Shown: positions 18,458 to 25,718 of the stretch, one piece after another
How the letters are laid out: each line of letters begins with the position of its first letter
Position numbering within the stretch: the first letter of the stretch is position 1
NCBI GenBank assembly: GCA_963422365.1
Contig: OY729426.1
Location: forward strand, 1,152,001-1,216,000
Direction of reading: 5' to 3'
Source: Nitrospirales bacterium
Lineage (GTDB): Bacteria; Nitrospirota; Nitrospiria; Nitrospirales; UBA8639
Length of the DNA stretch: 64,000 nt
Position numbers and translations under genes: made by a program
The notes under the pieces: model-generated
Database searches by the model: none
The model's input: the letters and a program-made list of their open reading frames with translations, nothing else
Told to the model about the DNA's origin: nothing

Positions 18458-20158
18458 ATGACTCATCCGACTTCTTTACTTGAATCGACGTTGGCGCATC
18501 TACCCAACCAGCCCGGCGTGTACCTGATGAAAAGCAAGGGTGGCGAAATGCTCTACATCGGGAAAGCCCGGGTGTTAGCGGACCGGGTTCGTTCGTATTT
18601 TCAAAAAGGAAGCGACCTGAGCCCCAAAACTCGCGTCTTAACGGCGTTGATTCATGACATTGAGACGATCATCACCAAATCTGAATTAGAGGCCCTCTTG
18701 CTCGAAAGCAATCTGGTGAAACGCCATCGTCCTCGGTTCAACGTGGTGCTCCGCGACGATAAGCACTATCCTTACCTCCGTCTGCCGGTGAAGGAACAGT
18801 TTCCCCGTCTCTCGATTGTGCGTCGCGTGAAGAACGATGGGGCGCTGTATTTTGGTCCCTATGTGCCGGCAGGAGCGCTTCGAGCAACCCTCAAAGTCAT
18901 CAAAAAAGTTTTTCCGCTGGCGACATGCACGATCGACATTGATGGGACAGCCGACCGGGCCTGTTTGGAATTTGAAATCAAGCGCTGCATGGCGCCCTGT
19001 ACCGGCAATCAATCGAAGGAAGACTATCATCGCATCGTCAAACAGGTTCGATGTTTTTTGGAGGGGCGGGATAAGGAATTGCTGGATGGATTACGAAAGG
19101 ATATGGAAACGGCTTCTGACCACCAAGCATTTGAAGAAGCGGCCCGACTGCGGGATCGTATGGTGAGCATCTCCAAGACGTTGGAAAAACAGCGTGTGGC
19201 TCAAATCGGGCCAGTGGATCAAGATGTTCTGGGCTTGGCCAGAATGGGACCGGCGGCGGATTTGCAACTGTTGTTTGTGCGCGGCGGCTTATTGATCGGC
19301 CGCAAGGATTTTTTTTGGGCTGATACGAAGGAGGCTTCCGATGAGGAGTTGATTCGATCGGCCATTGAACAATTTTATAATAGAGAAACGAAGCCCCCCA
19401 AGGAACTGTTAGTGTCCGAAGTGCTGTCCGACCGGGAATTGATTCAACGCTGGCTCAGTCAAAAGAAAGGCCGGCGGGTACGGATACGGATTCCCGAACG
19501 AGGAACAAAATGTCAACTGCTCCAATTGGCCCAAGAAAATGCCGCCGCGGCCCTTGGAGAGCATGTGCATAACACTGCGGTGGAACACAAGGAAGCCGAA
19601 GACCTGCAGTGCTTGCTTAGGCTGCCGAAGCTGCCGAGTCGGGTGGAGGGATTTGATATTTCCAATACCATGGGTACCCATTCCGTGGCCTCGATGGTGG
19701 TGTGGGAAGATGGAAAAATGAAGAAATCGGATTACCGGCGGTTTCGTATCAAGACAGTCGAGGGGGCAAATGACTTCGCGAGTATGCAAGAAGTCGTCAA
19801 ACGCCGGTATGGCCGAGGAACCCTCGGCACCCGGAACGAGAAGGCGTTGCCTCTTCCCGATCTCATCCTGATCGACGGGGGAATGGGACAATTGGGTGCG
19901 GCGGTGGAGGCCTTACGGTCTCTCGGTCTTGGCCACCTTCCCCTGATCGGATTAGCCAAAGCCAAAGGCGAGAAAGAAGAACGAATATATGCACTCGGGC
20001 ATCGCGACCCGCTCATTCTGTCTCCCATGTCGCACGTTTCTCGATTACTCCAGCGCATCCGGGACGAAGCGCATCGCTTTGCCATCACCTACCATCGAAA
20101 ACTTCGAGGCCAAGCCTTTGTCGTGCCTTCCTCGAAATTAGCCAAAACGCGCAAATAA
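18458..20158 (+). CDS. uvrC: Excinuclease ABC subunit C (no C-terminal HhH domain)
   Basis: GVY...YIGKA GIY-YIG, FEEAARLRD, GFDISN, LIDGG, RDEAHRFA; ends about 24 aa later. Confidence 0.95.
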   Translation: MTHPTSLLESTLAHLPNQPGVYLMKSKGGEMLYIGKARVLADRVRSYFQKGSDLSPKTRVLTALIHDIETIITKSELEALLLESNLVKRHRPRFNVVLRDDKHYPYLRLPVKEQFPRLSIVRRVKNDGALYFGPYVPAGALRATLKVIKKVFPLATCTIDIDGTADRACLEFEIKRCMAPCTGNQSKEDYHRIVKQVRCFLEGRDKELLDGLRKDMETASDHQAFEEAARLRDRMVSISKTLEKQRVAQIGPVDQDVLGLARMGPAADLQLLFVRGGLLIGRKDFFWADTKEASDEELIRSAIEQFYNRETKPPKELLVSEVLSDRELIQRWLSQKKGRRVRIRIPERGTKCQLLQLAQENAAAALGEHVHNTAVEHKEAEDLQCLLRLPKLPSRVEGFDISNTMGTHSVASMVVWEDGKMKKSDYRRFRIKTVEGANDFASMQEVVKRRYGRGTLGTRNEKALPLPDLILIDGGMGQLGAAVEALRSLGLGHLPLIGLAKAKGEKEERIYALGHRDPLILSPMSHVSRLLQRIRDEAHRFAITYHRKLRGQAFVVPSSKLAKTRK

Positions 20159-20369
20159 GTCGAAGGTTCTCCCGTACTTTTTGGTCTTTTGACTGAAAGA
20201 GCCTTTCTCACTGTCTCTTGTTGAATTGCCAAATTGGTAACGGCTTATTTGAAGCCGTATGCACCAACCAAGGTCGTCAGCCGTGCCTTTCGTTCCGGCG
20301 GGAACGTTCCGGTGCGTGGGTACGAAGTCGGTTGAGTGCTGAAGCTGTCAATGATGGCATAATGCATTC

Positions 20370-20606
20370 ATGGCCATACAGATCACAATCAGAGGTGTGT
20401 CCGAAGAAGTCCGTGATGAACTCGCGGTGCGCGTGGCACTTCAACGCCAGTCCATGCAGGAATTCCTCCGCTGCGAATTGGAGCGTATCGCGTCATGGCC
20501 CTCCGTTGGCGCGTGGCTGCAAGAAGTTCGCAACCGCAAGGCAGAAACAGAAACGCGGGTCCCACCGTCCCGTATCCTGCGTGCCCGTGCCCCGGATCGG
20601 CCGTGA
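20370..20606 (+). CDS. FitA/VapB-like ribbon-helix-helix antitoxin
   Basis: QITIRGVSEEVRDELAVRVALQRQSMQEFLR RHH pattern; GTGA overlap with the PIN gene. Confidence 0.85.
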   Translation: MAIQITIRGVSEEVRDELAVRVALQRQSMQEFLRCELERIASWPSVGAWLQEVRNRKAETETRVPPSRILRARAPDRP

Positions 20607-21007
20607 CGACCGTCGTCGACGGATCCGTGCTGGTTGCGGCCTTGGTCGACTCAGGGCGTGAAGGGAGGTGGGCGGAATCCGTGCTTGCCGAAGGCTTGCT
20701 GGCCAGTCCGGAAGAGGCCTTGGCTGCGGCCAGCAACATCCTGCGTCGGGTGGAACGGATTGTCCGGATCTCACGCATAGAGTCCGAAAGCGCGCACGTT
20801 GACCTGCTGCGACTCGATGTGGAGTGGTTCCCCTTCGCGCGGCCCTTCGCCGAGCGGGTATGGGCATTGCGCGGCAACCTGACCAGCTACGATGCCTGGT
20901 ACGTGGCGCTGGCCGAGGCACTTGATTGCCCGCCGGTGACACTTGACCGGAAGCTCAGCCGTGCCATCGGCCCCATGTGCAAGGTCATCACTCTGCCCCG
21001 TTCGTAG
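20603..21007 (+). CDS. vapC: VapC PIN-domain ribonuclease toxin
   Basis: VVDGSVLV, NLTSYDAWYVALAEAL, VTLDRKL. Confidence 0.9.
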   Translation: MTTVVDGSVLVAALVDSGREGRWAESVLAEGLLASPEEALAAASNILRRVERIVRISRIESESAHVDLLRLDVEWFPFARPFAERVWALRGNLTSYDAWYVALAEALDCPPVTLDRKLSRAIGPMCKVITLPRS

Positions 21008-21074
21008 ACAAGAAAGAAGAACGAATAATTCCCAAAGAATGCAAGCGGCTGGCTGAGGATGACTTCTCGGTGGC

Positions 21075-21250
21075 CGAAGTCTTGAAGCACAAGGAAAGTG
21101 GAAAGGGTTCCATTCCATCAGGATGAATGACCAGTGGCGATTGGTGTTTCGATGGAGTGGGGGTCATGCCTATGGCGTGCAAATCATCGACTATCACGAA
21201 AGGAGGCAAAACGCAGTGAATAAACAACCGAAGAATCCTTTTCATCCCTA
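21075..21250 (+). pseudogene. HigBA remnant (HigB C-terminus plus first residues of HigA)
   Basis: GKWKGFHSIRMNDQWRLVFRWSGGHAYGVQIIDYH; then AGGAGG-GTG NKQPKNPFHP, which breaks off. Confidence 0.75.
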
Positions 21251-21404
21251 CCTGCTCGACAGCTTGGGTCACTGGAACGCGACGAAACTCCTACGTGAAT
21301 GTGTTTCGCGGTGTTACCCTCTGCCATGGGTTAAACGGGAACCATGGCAGGCTGCCGATCCGGATTTCGCCTCCAAGCCCGATGGAATGGAACCACCGGT
21401 GAGG

Positions 21405-21538
21405 TGTAATCGTGCGGCGACCGTGACTTCCATGTCCGCGCCGCCGTGGTCCTAGCCAAGTTCGTGAATGAACAAGGGTTGGAAATCGAAGTTCTCCAGA
21501 TAGTTTCTGATCTTATCTCTGCCGAGGATCGTCGGCAT
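21405..21538 (-). pseudogene. N-terminal remnant of a paralogue of the 29 kb methyltransferase gene
   Basis: MPTILGRDKIRNYLENFDFQPLFIHELG*DHGGADMEVTVA versus MPSNLDRNRVRNHLENFDLRLLFIEELGWDHGGTDTEATVA; TGG>TAG at 21452-21454. Confidence 0.85.
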
Positions 21539-21656
21539 TCGGAATGTCCTGGGTTGGTTGTCAGTTTTTTTTCGTTCTCAATCCACAATCTTCAGTCCAC
21601 AATCCTTTGCCTACAGATGCCACACATCGGACAAGGCGGCCATCTTACGGCAAAAA

Positions 21657-21789
21657 CAAATAGTATACTATATTTGCAATAATACACTATTTTTGCGAAT
21701 TATCATATTTATTATATAGAGATCAGTTGACTCCTTCTGGAGGTAAAATTAAAATTATATTTTAAATAATTCTCGTAAATAGTGAAATT
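21657..21789 (+). promoter_or_regulatory. AT-rich abiE promoter region with inverted repeats (candidate operator)
   Basis: 12-bp palindrome atagtatactat (21660-21671); 19-bp inverted repeat 21685-21703 / 21766-21784 (16/19 match). Confidence 0.6.
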
Positions 21790-22617
21790 ATGAATATAGA
21801 ATATACTTATTCGGCAGATAGCTCACTACCAATCGGCCGGCGCAAACTTGCAGCCGTGATACGGGCCGCCAACGACGTCATCGAAATTGATGATGTCGTA
21901 GCAACGCTTACTACCGGCAGAATTGAAGCCTCCAAGCTGCTGTCCCGATGGGCCGGTCAGGGCTGGTTGCGGCGTGTTGGTGGAGGTGCCTATGTCCCTG
22001 TGCCTCTGGATTCGCTTGACAGCCAACATGTGCTTGAAGACCCCTGGGTGCTTGTTCCTGCCCTTTATACCCCGGCCTATATTGGAGGCTGGACGGCAGG
22101 GGAATACTGGGATCTTACGGAGCAGTTATTCCGCGACGTCATCATCATGACGGCACAGCCGGTTCGCGAAAAGAGTCAGGTCCGTCACGGGGCACGGTTT
22201 AGGCTATACCACATTCAGGAACGTAAAATCTTCGGCATGAGGCCCGTCTGGCGCGGTTGTTCCAAAGTGCTGCTGTCGGATGTTCACCGGACCGTGATCG
22301 ACATGTTGGACAATCCTGCCCTGGGCGGCGGGATTCAACACGTATCCGATTGCCTGGGTGCTTATCTGAAACGCTCCGATCGTAGCGATGATACGCTCAT
22401 TGCCTATGCCGAGAGGCTTGGTAACGGAGCAGTATTCAAGCGCCTCGGCTTTTTGGCCGACCAACGTTCTGACACTTCCCATTTGACTGATGTTTGCCTG
22501 GCACATCTGACGGCAGGCAACGCCAAGCTCGATACCACCCTCAGATGCTCCCGCCTGATTTCCAAATGGCGCCTCTGGATCCCGCCAACTTGGATGGGAG
22601 AAATGCCGCATGATTGA
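21790..22617 (+). CDS. AbiEi-family (type IV TA) antitoxin/regulator
   Basis: N-terminal wHTH (LLSRWAGQGWLRRVGGGAY), YIGGWTAGEYWDLTEQ, SDVHRTVIDMLDNP, KRLGFL; overlaps the toxin start. Confidence 0.85.
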   Translation: MNIEYTYSADSSLPIGRRKLAAVIRAANDVIEIDDVVATLTTGRIEASKLLSRWAGQGWLRRVGGGAYVPVPLDSLDSQHVLEDPWVLVPALYTPAYIGGWTAGEYWDLTEQLFRDVIIMTAQPVREKSQVRHGARFRLYHIQERKIFGMRPVWRGCSKVLLSDVHRTVIDMLDNPALGGGIQHVSDCLGAYLKRSDRSDDTLIAYAERLGNGAVFKRLGFLADQRSDTSHLTDVCLAHLTAGNAKLDTTLRCSRLISKWRLWIPPTWMGEMPHD

Positions 22618-23995
22618 CCAGCGCGAGATTATCGACGCTGCGACTGAGCTTGGTCTCAATCCCCATGTGATTGAGAAGGACTACGTCCTGGGTTGGGTAC
22701 TCTGGGGTATCTACGGTCACGACAAGTTGGCCGGAAGCTGGATATTCAAAGGCGGCACCTGCCTGAAGAAGTGCTTTTTTGAAACCTATCAATTTTCGGA
22801 AGACCTGGATTTTACGCTCACCGATTCTTCACATGTAGATGCCATGTTTCTCAAAACGGTATTCGCCGAAATCGGCGAACGCATATACGAAGAGACTGGT
22901 ATCGAGGTGCCGACAGACTTTCAGCAATTTGAAATCTACGCAAATCCGCGTGGCTTGGAATCCTGCCAGGGGCGGATCGGCTATCAGGGGCCAATATCGC
23001 CGCCGCGTGGCAAGAACATGCCACGGATCAAAGTTGACCTGACCGCGGATGAATGCGTCGTCTTGCCTCCGGTTCGGGCTCTTGTCTTTCATCCATACGG
23101 CGATATCCCAGCCAGCGGGATCGTCGTACAGTCCTATGCCTATGAGGAGGCTTTCGCCGAAAAAATCCGTGCGCTTGCTGAGCGAGCGCGGCCCCGTGAC
23201 CTTTACGATGTCATTAACCTGTTCCGGAACGCTGAAGCACGGCCAGCTGCCTCTGTGCTTCTCGACGTGCTTCGTCAGAAATGTGATTTCAAGGGCATCG
23301 GTCTCCCTGTTCTCAACGCACTTGAGTTGCACAAGTCCGATTTAGAGGGTGCTTGGGGCACGATGCTCGCCCATCAACTCCCCGCTCTGCCGCCTTTCGA
23401 GTGGTTCTGGCATAAGTTGTTGGAATTCTTTGCGTGGCTTGAGGGCGGGGCGGCACCGGCCATCCCTGCTGCCTACAAGAGAGCTATCGGCGAAGAGCTT
23501 ATCAGAGAACGTACTTTACGTCTGCCGGTCTCAAGGGCCGTCCGATCCTATCTGGAGATCACCCGATTCGCTGCTTCCAACCGGCTTTGCGTTGAACTCG
23601 ACTACCGGAGTTCGACCAGGCTGATCGAACCGTATTCGCTACGCCGCACCAAAGAAGGTAACATTATTCTTCATGCTCACAACGTGGATAGGAATGAACA
23701 CAGGAGCTATCGCGTAGACCGCATTCAGGGGGCTCGAGTGACCGACAAGATTTTTACACCACGTTTTGAGATCGAACTGACACCAACTGGCCCGGTTGTC
23801 ATAGCGCCGACAGCCGCATGTGAAACCTCAGGCTCCTTGCGAAGCGCCAGCGGTCCAACCTACGTTTATGAGTGTTCGTTTTGCGGAAAACATTTCAACC
23901 GCGGACAGCAAACAACGTTCCTCAATCCACACAAGGACACGAGTGGTTATCCTTGTCCTGGCAGATATGCCCAGTGGATAGATGCACGGTATTAG
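22610..23995 (+). CDS. AbiEii/DUF1814 nucleotidyltransferase toxin fused to a WYL domain and C-terminal Zn-finger
   Basis: IEKDYVL, FKGGTCLKK, FSEDLDF, EKIRAL...RPRDLYD; C-terminal VELDY...RLIEPYSL...RSYRVDRI (WYL); CSFC...H...C. Confidence 0.85.
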   Translation: MIDQREIIDAATELGLNPHVIEKDYVLGWVLWGIYGHDKLAGSWIFKGGTCLKKCFFETYQFSEDLDFTLTDSSHVDAMFLKTVFAEIGERIYEETGIEVPTDFQQFEIYANPRGLESCQGRIGYQGPISPPRGKNMPRIKVDLTADECVVLPPVRALVFHPYGDIPASGIVVQSYAYEEAFAEKIRALAERARPRDLYDVINLFRNAEARPAASVLLDVLRQKCDFKGIGLPVLNALELHKSDLEGAWGTMLAHQLPALPPFEWFWHKLLEFFAWLEGGAAPAIPAAYKRAIGEELIRERTLRLPVSRAVRSYLEITRFAASNRLCVELDYRSSTRLIEPYSLRRTKEGNIILHAHNVDRNEHRSYRVDRIQGARVTDKIFTPRFEIELTPTGPVVIAPTAACETSGSLRSASGPTYVYECSFCGKHFNRGQQTTFLNPHKDTSGYPCPGRYAQWIDARY

Positions 23996-24199
23996 AGGTA
24001 GTGGGCGATTACTTTGATGTACCGGAAAAACTAAAAATCCTGATGAGAACGGACGTGTCAATCCCGAAGTGTCGGGTCATAGGGCTGATCAAAGAAGCAA
24101 GGTCAAGCTTAGAGCAACCGGACCCTTCTGGCAGGGTGTTGTGAAGTAAGGATTGTCGTAATATGCCTACATTCGCGAGAAGAAACGGAGGCCCAGCGT

Positions 24200-24456
24200 A
24201 TGGGTATCACAGTCGTTACCAGCAGAGCGTTTAATCAAGATGTGAGTACAGCCAAGAGGGACGCTTTGAAGGGGCCGGTTTTATCACTGATCACGGCGGT
24301 ACGGCGTATGTCTTATTGACCATTGAGGACCATCAAAAGATCACGGAGAAGGAAGCAAGCATCGTTGAATTGTTGGCCATGCCGGAAGCCACCGATGTTG
24401 ATTTTGAGCCACTCCGCTTGAACCGCGAAATGCATAGAACGGCAGACCTGTCCTGA
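24200..24456 (+). pseudogene. Phd/YefM-family antitoxin, frameshifted; followed by a 6-codon VapC stub
   Basis: MGITVVTSRAFNQDVSTAKRDALKGPV / ITDHGGTAYVLLTIED...DFEP; one T missing near 24280; TGATG then MYLLDV. Confidence 0.8.
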
Positions 24457-24707
24457 TGTATCTGCTTGATGTCTTTTCTATGACTGACAGCAACAATTAT
24501 CACGTCTTCTCCGGTGACTTCATAGACAATGCGATAGTCGCCAACACGGATACGATACAGCCGTTCGTATCCCTTCAACTTTTCAACTCCTTGCGAAGAA
24601 GGCAACGCAGCCAGTTCGAGTATCGAGAGTGCGGCATGCCTCTGAATATCTTTCGGCAGCGAACGCAAGTCTTTCAAAACACTGCGTTTAATCGTCAGCT
24701 TCGACAT
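24333..24707 (-). CDS. RelE/ParE family toxin with an aberrant C-terminal extension
   Basis: KLKGYERLYRIRVGDYRIVYEV...VSHRKDI; native stop lost at about 24468. Confidence 0.8.
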   Translation of the reverse strand: MSKLTIKRSVLKDLRSLPKDIQRHAALSILELAALPSSQGVEKLKGYERLYRIRVGDYRIVYEVTGEDVIIVAVSHRKDIKQIHQDRSAVLCISRFKRSGSKSTSVASGMANNSTMLASFSVIF

Positions 24708-24884
24708 AGGCTAGAAGGTCCCTCAAGGAGGAAATGGGAATGCTCGGCTCGTTTTTTCGCTCTTCGATGATCCGGAGGTCTTCCAACTCTTCCAAACGCT
24801 CGACCAAGGCCAGGAAGTCTTGAAGCGGCAAAACACGGCGGTCCTTTGCCCGTTCGCATCAACAAGAAATTGTGTGGTCATCAT
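24688..24884 (-). pseudogene. RelE-partner antitoxin, frameshifted
   Basis: MMTTQFLVDANGQRTAV / LPLQDFLALVERLEELEDLRIIEERKNEPSIP; 1-nt deletion near 24832; overlaps the relE start. Confidence 0.75.
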
Positions 24885-25015
24885 AGTTCCTTACGATTTT
24901 TGCTTATACACCGATCACTGGCTGTCAGCCTCACCCCGTAGCCTACAGAGCCCCACTGTGCGTCAACCGGAGACAGATGAGATGAGGCTATCGACTTGCA
25001 CTCCGCTCATTCAAC

Positions 25016-25711
25016 CTACGACCTGTTAGCTGCAAAGACTGGACGGTCTATTCTGTCCACAATCAACGGCGACGGGTCTTGAGCCGAAACCGGCACAACG
25101 CCAAGCTCTACGAGGTGCGCGTTGTCCGGAGAGTCCAGGGTAAACACTGGTTTTTCGTGGGTGAGGGTGGCCTTGCAGAGTTGTTCGATCTTGCCGCCTT
25201 TTTCGGCGTGGGTGATGAGGAGGCGGTCGGCGAGAGAGGCGACGTAGGCGTTGCGTCTGGCTGCCATGGCTGTGGTTGGGCGATGGATGTTGTCGTCGAA
25301 AAAGGAGAGGAGCAGCAGGCGGCCTTCGGCTAAGGGCTTCTTCCAGCCTTTTGGAATCCGCATGTGGCCGAGTCCCAGTGCCGGGCAGACCACGATGGAT
25401 GCCCTGCCACGCAACAGGAGATTCAGGCACTCCTTTTCCATCGGTGATTGGAAACCGCCGATGATCGTCATATCCACGTCTCGGAGCGCCCGTGCGAGAT
25501 CATAGGTCTTGAGAATCGTGTCGCCGGGAGAGCGAACGGAACAGAAAACGGCAATCGGCGCAGTATCGAGGATGCCGAGGTCGCCTTTCGTCGTAACTGT
25601 CAACGGACAGCCGTCATCAGAGCAGCGTCGCAACGCTGATGGATAGTCAATTGCGTCCGGCGATCGCCGACAAAGGTCAGCAGTCACAACTGTGCCGTGG
25701 TTACGTAGCAT
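25016..25711 (-). CDS. DprA/Smf-like SLOG-fold protein
   Basis: YPSAL...GDLGIL...IAVFCS, IIGGFQSPMEKE, GRLLLLS, ARRNAYVASLAD; no C-terminal wHTH evident. Confidence 0.8.
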   Translation of the reverse strand: MLRNHGTVVTADLCRRSPDAIDYPSALRRCSDDGCPLTVTTKGDLGILDTAPIAVFCSVRSPGDTILKTYDLARALRDVDMTIIGGFQSPMEKECLNLLLRGRASIVVCPALGLGHMRIPKGWKKPLAEGRLLLLSFFDDNIHRPTTAMAARRNAYVASLADRLLITHAEKGGKIEQLCKATLTHEKPVFTLDSPDNAHLVELGVVPVSAQDPSPLIVDRIDRPVFAANRS

Positions 25712-25718
25712 TCCGCTG

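Noticed and set aside
21580..21605. aatccacaatc-like short repeat, with a similar aaatcggcaatc at about 32670
   Set aside because: Too short and dissimilar to serve as island attachment sites
23996..24144. Short open frame EVVGDYFDVPEKLKILMRTDVS, vaguely like a PLD-helicase N-terminus
   Set aside because: Similarity too weak to support without a search; no start codon or RBS
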